A stretch of DNA of 63,795 bases, counting the filler, from Folioceros fuciformis (lineage: Eukaryota): assembly GCA_049999805.1 (NCBI GenBank). It is 7 parts of 7 records of this genome, joined end to end, with 100 filler letters (N's around TTAATTAATTAA, not from the genome) between each part and the next. Parts side by side here need not be neighbours in the genome. Positions count along the whole stretch, not along the records: positions 23,766 to 38,084 come from JBNGIO010004446.1; positions 38,185 to 46,193 come from JBNGIO010004447.1; positions 46,294 to 52,008 come from JBNGIO010004448.1; 4 more parts are not named here. The stretch is one strand, 5' to 3'. Each line of letters opens with the position of its first letter. Position 1 is the first letter of the stretch. The position numbers and the translations under genes are program-made. Of this stretch, positions 37,216 through 50,874 are shown one piece after another. Under the pieces are notes generated by a model. That model saw only the letters and a list, made by a program, of their open reading frames with translations. It ran no database searches and was not told the DNA's origin.

Positions 37216-38084
37216 ACCCTCTCCAAATGTGACCTCCCTAAATGTTATACTTTGGGTACTTAGTGGGGAGTAAGGTTAAATATTATTTTTTTATAAATGT
37301 TATATGTTACTTATGTTATGAAAATAGGTACTCCTAACCATTATAGTTTAATTTTATAAATATTATTTTAAATTTTATAATATATATATAATTCTTAAAA
37401 TAGCATGGATAATATAGATATCTAACTTATCCAATCATAATGTAATAAAAGAACTTGGTGTGTCGACATTAAAAAGAAAATAATTAGAAATTGTTGAAAA
37501 CACTCTAGGTTATGGCAAGAGCTTGGTGTATCGAAAGAAAATAATTAGAAATTGTTGAAAACACTCTAGGTTATGGCAAGAGCTTGGTGTATCGAAAAAA
37601 AATAATTAGAAATTGTTGGAAACACTCTAGGTTATGGCAAGAAAGAGCAAGTTGTAATGTGTTGGATATAGACTTGAATCAATTTAGTTTTAAGACACAG
37701 AATGGTGATAGTGATGATGTGCAACAATAAGTCAACCAAGCAACACATGAAGATTTGTTTAATAGAGATTACGTAGAAATAGAAATGCTTCTTTATCAAT
37801 TGAGAGATTTAGGACTTGAAACAATAGGATTGACTTCTACTATGTCTACACAAGAATTTATTGATTATGAGGTGAGAAATGCATGTACTATTTGTTCTAC
37901 TCCAGATGCAGATAATATATGGGCTTCTGTTCTACTCCAGTTGCAGATAATATATGGGCTTCTGTTCTACTCCAGATGCAGATAATATATGGGCTTCTGT
38001 TCTACTCCAGATGCAGATAATATATGGGCTTCTGTTCTACTCCAGATGCAGATAATATATGGGCTTCTGTTCTACTCCAGATGC
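37209..38084 (+). mobile_element. Pogo/Tigger-like DNA transposon remnant with internal 61-bp (x3, 37474-37641) and 35-bp (x5.5, 37893-38084) tandem arrays
   Basis: Abrupt switch to AT-rich DNA; TA plus GAGTCAACCCTCTC resembles a pogo-type TIR; peptide IIRNCWKHS fits the TIxNCW end of the DDE_1 domain; acidic tail MSTQEFIDYE follows. Confidence 0.55.
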
Positions 38085-38184
38085 NNNNNNNNNNNNNNNN
38101 NNNNNNNNNNNNNNNNNNNNNNNNNNNNTTAATTAATTAANNNNNNNNNNNNNNNNNNNNNNNNNNNNNNNNNNNNNNNNNNNN

Positions 38185-38400
38185 TTGCTCTGATAAACCT
38201 TGGCGCACTCCTTGATAAACCTTGAAAAGTCCTTGCCCATAGCTCCATGAGTCTCAAGAGCACGGGGGATGAAAGTATGCCTGTCTTGCAAGGGAGAACA
38301 CTTATGGACTTTTGGCACTTACACAACCCTCTGCTGCACAATCTGGGGTTGATGATGACATGCTCACAAGAGAGGTAATGTCATAAACTCTAGTGATAGT
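38185..38400 (-). mobile_element. CRE-type RLE non-LTR retrotransposon fragment
   Basis: QDRHTFIPRALETHGAMGKDFSRFIKECA; homologous to ~10295-10220. Confidence 0.55.
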
Positions 38401-38459
38401 AAACCCTTTCTCTTTCTAGGACATATATATATTTTAAGTGCTACTAGTAGTCATTACGC

Positions 38460-39218
38460 TTAGGGGTTAGCCCCATTGTCCCAATCATGATCTATCTCAG
38501 GAGTAGATGGATTTTACATGGGGTTAGCTTTAGTGTCCCAATAAGGATAAGTTTTCCATGATATGAAATGCGCCTTAGTGTCCCAATCATGATCTAGGTA
38601 GATGGGTTTCCACGGTGAGCCCAAGTGTCCCAATTATGATCTATCTCCCTAAAAATAATCTATCTCCCATTTAGGGGTAGATGGATTTTACATTGGGTTA
38701 GCTCTAGTGTCTCAATCATGATGTATCTCCTTTTAAGCTTTTAAGGGTAGATGGGTTTTCATGAGATGAGATGCACCTTAGTGTCCCAATCATGATCTAG
38801 GTNNNNNNNNNNNNNNNNNNNNNNNNNNNNNNNNNNNNNNNNNNNNNNNNNNNNNNNNNNNNNNNNNNNNNNNNNNNNNNNNNNNNNNNNNNNNNNNNNN
38901 NNATGGGTCTTCCAAGGGTCAGCCCTTGTGTCCCAATCATGATGTATTTCCTTTTAAGGAAAGACGGGTTTTCCATGAGATGAGATACACCTTAGTGTGC
39001 CAATCATGATCTATCTCCTTTTAGAGGTAGAAGGGTTTGAGAAGGGTCGGCCTTAGGGGTAGATGAGTTTTCCATGGGGTTTGAGAAGGGTCGGCCTTAG
39101 GGGTAGATGAGTTTTCCATGGGGTTAGCCCTAGTGTCCCAATCATAATCTTGCTTCTTTTTTTAGGGGTGGATGGATTTTCCATGGGGTTAGCTCTAGTT
39201 TCTCAATCATGATCTAGG
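38460..39218. repeat. Degenerate tandem satellite, ~50-60 bp unit (TAGTGTCCCAATCATGATCTA..GGTAGATGGGTTTTCCATG)
   Basis: About 10 diverged units visible, with an N gap inside. Confidence 0.85.
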
Positions 39219-39495
39219 GTTTTTCATATTTTTTAATAATAATATGTACGGGGCAAACAAACGGCGAGGGATCGAAAGCTAGCCCGTGCTGTGGAGCCAG
39301 TGGGCCCGCACGTAATGATAAATCACACACAGAAATCCCTCACGAGCCTCGAGAACCGGGTACTGTAATAAACTTCACGTGAGGCCGGCGTGTAANNNNN
39401 NNNNNNNNNNNNNNNNNNNNNNNNNNNNNNNNNNNNNNNNNNNNNNNNNNNNNNNNNNNNNNNNNNNNNNNNNNNNNNNNNNNNNNNNNNNNNNN

Positions 39496-41112
39496 GAATT
39501 CACTAGGCCTTTTCAGCAGCCGGATGTCACGAATTAGCGTCGTCACCCTCACCGAGCACTTGCTACCGTTCTGGTAGAAACCGTCGCGCACGACCAGCAA
39601 ACTGTTCTTCACAACATTCAATTCCGCTGAACCTTTCAGTTGGCGTCGCTTCTCCTGGCACCCATGTCCCGGCTTTCACTGTCCCCCGAACCATGAATGC
39701 AGTCAATTTCCTCTACATGGTGATGCACGATGTAATCGGCGACAGTGATTCAACTTCGATATGGCCCTCTCCCTGCTGCCAGGGCCCTGTGCTATATAGT
39801 CCTCATCCTCCTGTTGCTTTCTGGTAAAGCGCGATTCCAAAGGACACGACGTCTAAAGGTCTGGCCTGTTCAAGTATGCGAGTCATTTCCTCCTGTTTCT
39901 TCCGACATTCCGTGTCTGCCTGCACCAACTCCAGGACGTGCTCCAGCATGTCCTTCGCTTCTGCATACTCAGCCTGGCCCGCCAGGTGAATGACCTCCTC
40001 GCGGTAAGATCTCCGGCGCGCCTGGCACTCAGCTTTCTGATCTGGGAACTCGCTGAAAGGACGCTCCCTCACGTCCGTGTCGTCAACCAATATCCTGAAG
40101 GTTTTGCAGTGTAAAGGGTTTCCAAGTTCTACTCCAGAATCGTCCACCGACAGTTAGGTCCGGCCATCAGAGAACTTGACAGGATCGCCCGTGGTCTTAT
40201 GTGTGACCGGATCGTTGTACAAGCTTCGGGCCGAACCGTCAGCGTCGTCCGCCTTTAGTCCCAGTTTGCTAGTGGTTGCAGTGCTCATGGACTGTGAAAT
40301 TGGAAGCTGACATGCTGCAAACGTTGCGCAAATGTGAGGCGAATGCCAGCAGTGGAAGTCTCACATCTTCGAAGCACTGGTCTACATCTAAGGCTTTTTA
40401 ATCAATGCTTCGAATACTACAAATCACAGAAGCCGCTCTTAGAATCCGCTACTCTTCAACCTCCAATCCCTCAAAACCCGATGCAGCTTTTGCTGCATCT
40501 TTCGGACTTCTGAAAAGTACAGAATTTGTTGCTCTTAAGTGAGACTCACACATTTGCTGTTGCATCTTCTACATATGAGCCTGCAACTCGTGTTGGTTCC
40601 TGTTGCTGTCCTTGCCACCTATGAACAGCGAATTGGCAACAACATCAGCTAGATATCGAACAACAACTTGCAGCGTTGTTTTGACAAAGCAAACATTCCA
40701 GGGTCAGAACTTACAGTGTCCAGTGTGCTGTAAGCGAAGACTTCCAGGGGTCTTTGTCCAGCCGATCTTCGCTATACTTGGTAGCTCTATTCACGTCGTT
40801 CTTCAATGATTCTGCAGCAACAAGGTCCCTTCCTTCAAATCTGTCGTCACTGTAGGCAGTCTTGGACATAAATGACATTACCATGTTGCATACGAAGTAC
40901 ATGCCCAGATTGGCGTGTTTTAGGTCTTGTTACAAAAACTTCGCCTCCACAAGGTCAACAGGCTCCTCCAAATGGGATGAGTTATGCTACCTCCTGTGCC
41001 GAAAGCCAACATTGTTAACATGATAGGTCTTGGCCAGATTAGATAGTGCCAGAATCAATCCACGTCCAGTTCGAGCCACCAATTGCGACAAGAAAACCCC
41101 CGATAGGGCCAT
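39496..41112 (-). pseudogene. Possible unknown gene or pseudogene
   Basis: Coding-like frame from ATG 40288 (MSTATTSK..GRT*LSVDDSGVELGN..YREEVIHLAGQAEYAEAKDMLEHVLE) with an internal stop; possible upstream exons at ~41112-40990 and ~40880-40715. No family recognised. Confidence 0.3.
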
Positions 41113-41396
41113 GACGATGCCGCACAGAACGGCAAGACAAAGCACGCAAAGCTCAAAGAACACGATGTCAGGAAAAAGGACACAGTCGAAGGAACTTCGC
41201 TGAAAGACTCCGTGGGTGACTGAACAGAGAGACCAGAAGGGAAGGGAGCGCAAGTGTGGGGACCGGACGGAAAGATGCGTCGCTCTCAGCCTGCTGCGTC
41301 CGTTACAGAAGACTGGGAAGTTTTCAAATGCTTAGTTTCAAAGTTAAGGAAACATCAGCCAACGATCTGCTGTGTCTGCTACTAGTGACAGCAGCA

Positions 41397-42841
<1,445 letters not shown>

Positions 42842-43569
42842 GCTCCCAATCCGTCCTCCAAACCTGTATGTCTGAGAATAAGAACGAAAACAAAAACAAA
42901 AAATCACACTTAGCAGCATTATTCTCAGAAGGCCCTCTCCTTGTCCAGGCCCCAATACAACTATCCTCCACTCCACTAATTGGAACCATCCTACAGGTAC
43001 CTGAACCCCCAAGAACAGGCACCATTTGCTCTTAGGGGCACAGATTCATGTAGAAAGATACCAGGCATTCCCCACCCGAACGCTTAACAGGTGGCTTGCT
43101 CAACTGAAACATGTGCATAACAAAAACAAAATTGCATCAAAGAACTCAGCTTCGCCTTTTCAGTTTCATTGCTAACGGATCCTGACCGCAGCGGCCCTCC
43201 CGGAAGAAGACCAGGCATACCGTCCAGGGCCCCAGACTAATACGAAAAGCTAACATCCTGGTTCTTTGCACAGCCTACCGGTCGCCCACCACTTCGCTGT
43301 TGGGCAGCAGACGAAAGCAGGCAAAAACAAACCGCAACAAGCAAATGTGAAGGCAAAGGAGAACTTCACCAGCAGCACACTTGCAATCCAGCGAAGGCAG
43401 CTGCCATTACACCCCTCCTGCTCAGTACTATCACCAACCTTCAAGAATCCGACACAGGAAAGCGGGGTCAAATCATTTGCAGGAGAAGGGGCAGAGACAG
43501 TCTCCTACCTGCATCAGACTTAAACTAATGACTGCTGACACGGGTCCTAGGCGAACAGATTTGAGACCA

Positions 43570-43595
43570 AATTTAGGGTTCCAGAACCCTAAATT
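43570..43595. promoter_or_regulatory. Palindromic pair of telo-box-like motifs between divergent BUD32 and CSN6
   Basis: AATTTAGGGTTC-CA-GAACCCTAAATT: perfect 12-bp arms, each containing AACCCTAAA. Confidence 0.5.
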
Positions 43596-43714
43596 AGTTG
43601 TGTAGTTCCTGTCTGTTTGCAAAAGCTTCATAGTTTTAAGTGTCACTTAGGGCAAACAAGGCCTGGTTGTGGGCGTCTCGAGCATGTTTGTGGAGCTGCG
43701 GAAGGCGGAGGAAG

Positions 43715-44626
43715 ATGGCGTCCAGCAGCGGATTGACGTTCAAGCTGCATCCGCTGGTAATTGTGAACATTTCTGACCACCACACTAGGATCAAAGCACA
43801 AACCGCGTCCAGTGGAGGGAAGCCTGCTCGTGTCTACGGCTGCGTGCTGGGGGTGCAGACAGGGCGGACAGTGGAGATTTACAACAGTTTTGAGCTCAAG
43901 TACGATGCTTCTCGGGAGGCTTTGGACCGACAGTTTCTGGAGACGAAGCAAGAGCAGTACAAAAAGGTTTTTCCGAAGTACGATGTGCTAGGGTGGTATT
44001 CTACAGGAGCAGATGTGCAAGATTCGGATATGCAGATTCACAAGGCTTTGATGGACATCAATGAGAGTCCCATTTATGTTCTGCTCAACCCGACAATCAA
44101 CCACGCGCAAAAGGATTTGCCGATCTCGGTGTATGAGAGTGAGCTGCATGTGATCGATGGAGCTACTTCTTTGATATTTGTGAAGTCGAGTTACACCATC
44201 GAGACTGTCGAGGCGGAGCGGATTTCTGTGGATCATGTTGCGCACATCAAGCCTTCCGATGGAAGCTCGGCTGCCACGCAGTTGGCAGCCCACTTGACAG
44301 GCATGCATAGTGCAATAAAGATGCTGCATAGCAGAATCAAGGTCCTGCATCATCTGCTGGTTTCCATTCAGAAAGGGGAAATTCCTTATGAGCATTCACT
44401 ACTGCGCCAGGTGGCTAGCCTTGTACGAAGATTGCCGGCTATCGATTCTCCCAAGTTTCAGGACGATTTCTTGATGGAGTATAACGACACTCTCTTGATG
44501 ACCTATCTAGCAGCCATCACCAAGTGCTCGAGCACTATCAATGAGCTAGTGGACAAATTCAACACGGCGTATGACAAACAAGGCAGGAGTAGTCTCCGTG
44601 GAGGCCTTCGAGCTACTTTTATCTAG
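43715..44626 (+). CDS. CSN6: COP9 signalosome subunit 6, 303 aa, intronless
   Basis: SSGLTFKLHPLVIVNISDHHTR, GVQTGRTVEIYNSFEL, LGWYSTG, TIETVEAERISVDHVAH, EYNDTLLMTYLA. Confidence 0.97.
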   Translation: MASSSGLTFKLHPLVIVNISDHHTRIKAQTASSGGKPARVYGCVLGVQTGRTVEIYNSFELKYDASREALDRQFLETKQEQYKKVFPKYDVLGWYSTGADVQDSDMQIHKALMDINESPIYVLLNPTINHAQKDLPISVYESELHVIDGATSLIFVKSSYTIETVEAERISVDHVAHIKPSDGSSAATQLAAHLTGMHSAIKMLHSRIKVLHHLLVSIQKGEIPYEHSLLRQVASLVRRLPAIDSPKFQDDFLMEYNDTLLMTYLAAITKCSSTINELVDKFNTAYDKQGRSSLRGGLRATFI

Positions 44627-45401
44627 TCTGTGGTGGAGGGGACTGCTTAGAAATGCTGAATTATGCCATTCCCTTCGTGTGGCACCCTCGTATCCACCCA
44701 TGCGACAATTCTGTTGTTTCTGTCCACTGGTAGCCCTGACCAGGCCTGTGATCAAGGATCCCAGCAGCCCTACGTGTGTTGACAATGCAACCTCCCAGTC
44801 GTTTTCCTCTACAGTAGGGAGTTTTTTTGTTACAGGGCAAGCCTGTGCAACGTGTATGAAGCTGAAGCTGGATGGCTTGAGGAGGGTTCTGCTCCAGGGA
44901 AAGGGACTTCACAACGCCCCTCAGAGTGGCGAGGGCACTTCGCTGATCTGCGCAACTTTAGCTAAATAAATTGCGTAGCCTGAGTGGTTGCAGCCAATGA
45001 GTGTCACAAACTGTATTTCATGTTCTCCTCCCGGCTCTTTTGGGATGGTTCCCACTTGGGGTCGGGGATTCTTACCAGTGGCCCGAATATGTCAGGGAGG
45101 TTCGGCAAGTCATCGCTTATTTCAGGCACTGGAAGTTCTTGTAAACTCAAGAGACACTTTTTCTTCTCTTCATTAAGTTTTCACAGTAGGCGCGACGACG
45201 AATACCATGAGAACTGGCCAGATTCGCAACGTCCTCGCATTAGGGATTTGATTGCACCGGCGATAAGATGCAAGTAGACAAAAACATCTTCAATTGAGGC
45301 GACAAGTTCCTTGGTTTACAAAACTGTATTGGACAGACTCAGCGAGTCTGAATCTCGCCCCTCGAATCCCAACAGAAGACACCCAAGAGCGGCACACTCA
45401 T

Positions 45402-46175
45402 TCACCTCGATTTTCGAACGGAGGCAGCTTTCTGGGCGGCCAGGGCAAGCTCCTCAACATACCCGCCCACAGGAGGGGTCAGAGCCGCGGGCACGCGTCT
45501 CAGGGGAAAGGGGGTCAAATCAGGTAGATGGGCTGCTGCTTGCAGATGCAAAGGCAAAGCATCAATGGCAGCTTTCTTCAATTGCAGCCTCGTGGTTTCT
45601 GCTGCAGCCCTTGCCCTCTCCGCTCTCATCAAAAACCGGCTGTACTCCTTGGCCATCCGCTTGCCTTCTTCCTGACTCAATTCCACAGAGGCCGCGGCGT
45701 CATCCAGCTTCACCAGCACATGAACTTCTTGCTCCTCTGCTGTTACCTCAGCCTTGCCCTTCTTCCCCTTGCCCTTCTTCTCTGCCTTAGCCCGGGATTT
45801 ATCATAATCTTTCTGCGCTTCTAAAAACCTCTGCTTGTCCCTGCTCACCAGGCCGAGCTTCTCCAGCTCTAACTCTCTCAGCTTCTCCTTCGCCGTCAGG
45901 TGCCGCACAGGACTTGGCGCACTCAGAACCGACTCCAGAACTCCATCGAATCTCTGGCTAGGGTTAAAGGTTCCCTCCTCAGATCCGCTGGTCTTCTTCC
46001 CCTTGCCTGAACTGGACTTCTCCCTACCTGCCTTCTTCTTGACTGGGATGGCCTTCTTCCCTTTCGCCGTCGCCAAACCCCGAGTACTGGACGCAACTGC
46101 GCCTTTGATCTCCAACAGCGGGCCAGCAAAATTGATCTCTCGTAGAAGTTGTACAAGTCGTCGCGGGTGGGGCAT
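45402..46175 (-). CDS. Mitochondrial ribosomal protein mL40-like, single exon
   Basis: Basic presequence-like N-terminus; AKEYSRFLM, LKKAAIDALP..L..AA..PDLTPFP..R..LTPPVGGY, typical of plant mL40. Starts near the scaffold edge. Confidence 0.8.
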   Translation of the reverse strand: MPHPRRLVQLLREINFAGPLLEIKGAVASSTRGLATAKGKKAIPVKKKAGREKSSSGKGKKTSGSEEGTFNPSQRFDGVLESVLSAPSPVRHLTAKEKLRELELEKLGLVSRDKQRFLEAQKDYDKSRAKAEKKGKGKKGKAEVTAEEQEVHVLVKLDDAAASVELSQEEGKRMAKEYSRFLMRAERARAAAETTRLQLKKAAIDALPLHLQAAAHLPDLTPFPLRRVPAALTPPVGGYVEELALAAQKAASVRKSR

Positions 46176-46293
46176 TCCCGTCCTGAGGGCGTTNNNNNNN
46201 NNNNNNNNNNNNNNNNNNNNNNNNNNNNNNNNNNNNNTTAATTAATTAANNNNNNNNNNNNNNNNNNNNNNNNNNNNNNNNNNNNNNNNNNNN

Positions 46294-46494
46294 CTCTCAT
46301 TTAGTGCCCAATATGGGATAAATGACCCCAACCAAACCCTACAATACTTCTTTTGCCCAACATAGCAAAGTCTAATAAGCTATATATATATATATATATA
46401 TTAATCATAACCTTAATCACTCTTACCACTAATTAGTACAAACTCAATAAGCTGGATTAGCACTAATTAATATCAACATTAATCATGCTTAACA
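46294..46494 (-). mobile_element. Partial Copia LTR (same family as 61486 and 62460), inverted
   Basis: Near-identical to 62690-62877; ends CTTAACA (the LTR 5' TGTTAAG on the minus strand). Confidence 0.9.
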
Positions 46495-46508
46495 GTGACA
46501 TCTCAACA

Positions 46509-48315
46509 GTTCGTAGATGATCCAATCCAATATGTGATACTAGTTCCTTCGTTTGAACCTTCTCGACGGTCTNNNNNNNNNNNNNNNNNNNNNNNNNNNN
46601 NNNNNNNNNNNNNNNNNNNNNNNNNNNNNNNNNNNNNNNNNNNNNNNNNNNNNNNNNNNNNNNNNNNNNNNNCTCCTGATCAGTGGCAGGAGCCCTCCTA
46701 TCGAAGTGTTGATTTTCGTCAGGATCTAGGCTCTCGTAGTTCCGATGTTGCTGGAGTTGCAGTGGACAAGGCTAATGTAATTACCAATCCAAGATATGAG
46801 CCTTCCACCTATCATGAAGCAGTCACTAGATCAGAAGCTAAACACTGGAAAGAAGCTATCCAATCAGAATATGACTCGCTGGTGCAAAACCATACCTGGG
46901 AATTCCGCCCCCCACTTGAGGGGAGGAAGATTGTTACATCCAAGTGGGTGTTTAAATTGAAATACAAAGTAGACGGGAGCATTTCCAGGTACAAAGCTCG
47001 CCTTGTTGCTCGCGGTTTTTCCCAAGTCCCAGGCCTGGACTATCACAATACCTTTTCAACAGTTGTCAAGTCTTAGTCTCTTCAAGTGTTGTTCTCCATG
47101 TCTGCCTTCTATGGGCTGCACATTCATCAGATTGATGTCAAGACCACCTTTCTGCATGGTAGGTTAGAAGAGGAAATATTCATGCAGCAACCAGAGGGAT
47201 TTGAACTTGTAGGAAAAGAAAGTTGGGTTTGTAAGTTACTCAAGACCATCTATGGTCTGAAGCAGAGTCCATGTGCTTGGTATTAGTGTATACATGAGTT
47301 TCTCCTTGGACTTGACTTTCTTAAGAGCACTGCAGATACCAATGTGTACTTCCTGCAAGAGCAAACTTGCTATGTTATTCTGGCTCTGTATGTGGATGAC
47401 TGTATTTTGCTTGCAACCAACCTAGAGGGAATCACCAGAGTTAAGGCCTTGTTGTCAAGTCGGTTTGATATGGTCGACGTTGGGGAGCTGTCTTATTGCC
47501 TTGGCACTCAACTCCAGTGTGACCCTGCAAACGAGACACTGATCATACATCAAGAGAAGTATATCTGCGACATGCTGTTCAAGTACAAGTTGTTAGATGC
47601 CAAGCTTGCACTTACCCCTTTGGAGACAAGGTGTAAACTTACTTGTTCTCAGTCACCTGAAGCAAATGCTGAGAAAGCTGAGATGGAGCTGGTTCCCTAT
47701 CCTCAAGCTGTCGGCTCTCTTATCTTCTGCTCTAACAACATTAGGCTTGATGTAGCTCTCCTAGTTAGTATGGTTTCTGAGCATTTGAGACGACCTGGAA
47801 GAGCGCATTGGACAACGGTTAAAAGGATACTTTGATATCTCAAGGGAACTAGTGGACATGGAATACATTATACAAGACGAGGCTATGATGAGGAAGAGTT
47901 TACTCTTGTTGGATACTGTGATGCAGACTGGGCAGCAGACCCAGACACTAGGAGGTCTGTCTCTGCTTATGCCTTTTTGCTTGCAGGTGGAGCTGCGACC
48001 TAGTCTTCTAAAAAGCAATCAACAGTGTCACTATCTTCCATTGAGGCGGAGTACTCAGCCCTAACTCAAGCAGCAAAAGAGGCTGTATGGCTATGAAGGC
48101 TACTCACAGATTTAGGTCAGCCACAAAACAATCCAACTGTGATATACTGTGACAATCAGTCAGCCTTAGCCCTAGCACAAAATCCAGTCTTCCATGCAAG
48201 AACCAAACATATTAAGGTACACCATCACTTTGTGAGACATGCAGTGGAAACTAAACATGTAAGGCTAGAGTATATTCCTACAGAGTCAAACGCAGCAAAT
48301 CTTCTTACCAAGTCC
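46509..48315 (+). mobile_element. Decayed Ty1/Copia pol fragment (RT and RNase H)
   Basis: KWVFKLK..YKARLVARGFSQ, QIDVKTTFLHG, YGLKQSP, LYVDD, YCDADWA, YCDNQSA, NLLTKSL; several stops. Confidence 0.95.
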
Positions 48316-50874
48316 TTGCTCACACCAACAAGCTCCGACATCTCCGAGCACAGCTAGTTGCTATTGGAACTATCATGGACGAAGTAGACGTCATTGCACA
48401 GCTCCTCACAAGTCTCCCTCCTAGTTATTAGATTTTGTCTCTGCACACAATGTTCCAATCCGGCAGGCTAAAGCTGTTGGTAAGACATCCACCCTCACCT
48501 TAGACGAGGTGATAGGCGCCCTCTTCCAGGAAGAGCAAAGTAAACTAATGTCAGGGCCTGGATATAAGTCCAAACATGATAGAGTACTAACTGCTTTCCG
48601 TGGTAGACCAGGGCAGAGGGGCAAATCAAAGATAGCACCCCACAATCAAAGCTCACAATATGAAGTAGGGTCCTCTAATTCCAATTCAAATAAGCGTATA
48701 GGTACGTGCAATTGGTGTGGAACACCTGGTCATTGAGCTCGGGATTGTCGAAAGAAGAAAGCTGGCGAGCCTCAAAAGCCTCCCAGGTCTATACCAATAG
48801 CAAGCGTTAGATACAAAACTGGTGATCCGAGTAAACCAGTAGTTAAAATCCTAATAGTTTGCTTATCTACGTCTACTATAGATAAGACATCATGGTACCT
48901 TCATTCGGGTGCCACATCCCACATCTGTAGAGAAGAATCCTTATTCACCTCTTTAGTATATTCCGCTACTGTCGATTGGGTATACCTTGGTAATGAATAG
49001 AAAAATACAAGTTTGTAGATCCAAGGACAAGGATGCTGCTCATTCCACTTGAATGATGGAACAACAATGATCCTTACAGACGTGTTGTTTGTTCCACACA
49101 TGGCCAAAAACCTTCTCTCCCTGAGTACTAGTCTTATGCAGCTCAAGACTTTTGAGCTTACCTCTTAGGATGACTGCTGTTGTTTCTTCAGGAAAGTCTC
49201 CCCAGATACTTGTGTTTTTAAGGCAATCCCATAACATGGTTTGTATCATCTTGATATCGTCTACTTGTCTAGTCACAAGCAGAACAAGGCAGCAAGTGTT
49301 GGTAACCTAACGACTAAGCAGCAATCTATCTTATGGCACACACGCTGGGGCATGTCAATAGGACCACAATGACTGCTATGTCTAAATCATCTATGTTCAG
49401 AGAACCCTACCTACTTGCCTATACGAATTGCCCTTGTGTGAAACATGTGCCCTTGCTAAGCAAAAGGAACAACGGTTTCCCTATGCTCCTACCTATAGTA
49501 TAGGACGTCACAACTTCTTGACCTTGTTCACTATGATATTTCTAGCCGTCTTCAAGTTCCATCACTTGGAGGGGTAGAATATTACTTGACCATCACCAAC
49601 GATTATAATCGATACACCTAGACCTTCCCAATGAAACACAAGAGTGAGACCTTTGCATTGTTTCAGGACTATTTACTCTTGATACAACGCCAAACAAGCC
49701 TCCTTCTCAAGGTTCTCCATTCTGATAACGGATCAGAGTTTGTTAACCATTCCTTTACAAGCTATCTGGCAAAATAGGGAATCATTCATGAGCTGATTGT
49801 TCCTTATACACAGCAACAGAATGGCATTGCTGAACGTAAAAACCAAACACTGATGGGCATGACTAGAGTCATGCTGTTATGGTTAGGCTTACCTTCTCCC
49901 TACTGGGCTGAAGTTGTCGTGACTTCTACATACATATTGAACAGACTCCCTACCAACTCCTTGGTTGCTGTCACACCATTTGAACTCGTTTGGAAATGGA
50001 AACCAAGTCTCCTTCACCTCTGGATTTTTGGATCCAAGGCATATGCTTACATTCCAGCAGAAAAATGCAAAAAGTTACACAATCGCTCACGTTGCCTAAT
50101 ATTCATAGGGTACAGTGATCATGTTAAAGCGTATAAACTTTTTGATCCAACATCAAGACAATTAGTCCTGGCAAGAAGTATTACCTTTGTTGAACCTCTT
50201 GAGCCCGTAGACAGAAAGAGACTTGTTCCTAAATCTGTTCCTAGCGATGATGATGGGGCTAACGAGCCTATTAGACTGTTTTCACTATACCCTAGTGATG
50301 TAGATGGTGTTCTTCCTGCACCAAGAGATTCCACTGAGCAACACTCTTATAATACAGATGATCTAGATGCTGCTCCAGGCATTCAACATGAACTAGTATA
50401 CCTGCTAGATGTTGAGGATAAACTCCTCACTCAAAATCTCCCTCCAGCTCTTGTAATAGATGAGCCGCATGAATTAGATCTAGTTGACCTGGATATGGAG
50501 ATGAATACCAACACTGAGGATACAGACTTGTTTGTCCCTACAGGAATACAACAAATCGCCACTGGTGCTCCTCCCTCGATGGATATAGCCCCATCAATGG
50601 ATGATGCAGGCCCACGTAGATCCTCTCGTTACAGGCCTCCACCTTCAGAATGGAAGGAGCCAAAATACCAGTCAGTCGACTTTCAGCATCATGCAGGGGC
50701 ATTTATATCTCCTCCACCTGTTCCAACAAAACTTGTTAGCCTCACTGAAGCCTTCACTGGGCCAGACAAGGAAAAATGGAAGGCCACAATGGATTATGAG
50801 TGTAATAGCCTAATGAAAAATGAAACTTGGAAATTGGTCCTTAGGCCTGCCAACAGAAAACCCATTACTTGTAA
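48316..50874 (+). mobile_element. Decayed Ty1/Copia gag-protease-integrase-RT start
   Basis: QLVAIG..LLTSLPPSY (gag), CNWCGTPGH*ARDC knuckle, WYLHSGATSHIC protease, HSDNGSEF..QQNGIAERKN integrase, SLMKNETWKLV RT start; related to the 19124-22134 element. Confidence 0.93.

Noticed and set aside
37893-38084. 35-bp repeats (also the 41-, 60- and 40-bp arrays) as a CRISPR array
   Set aside because: Head-to-tail with no unique spacers, no cas genes, and a eukaryotic context.
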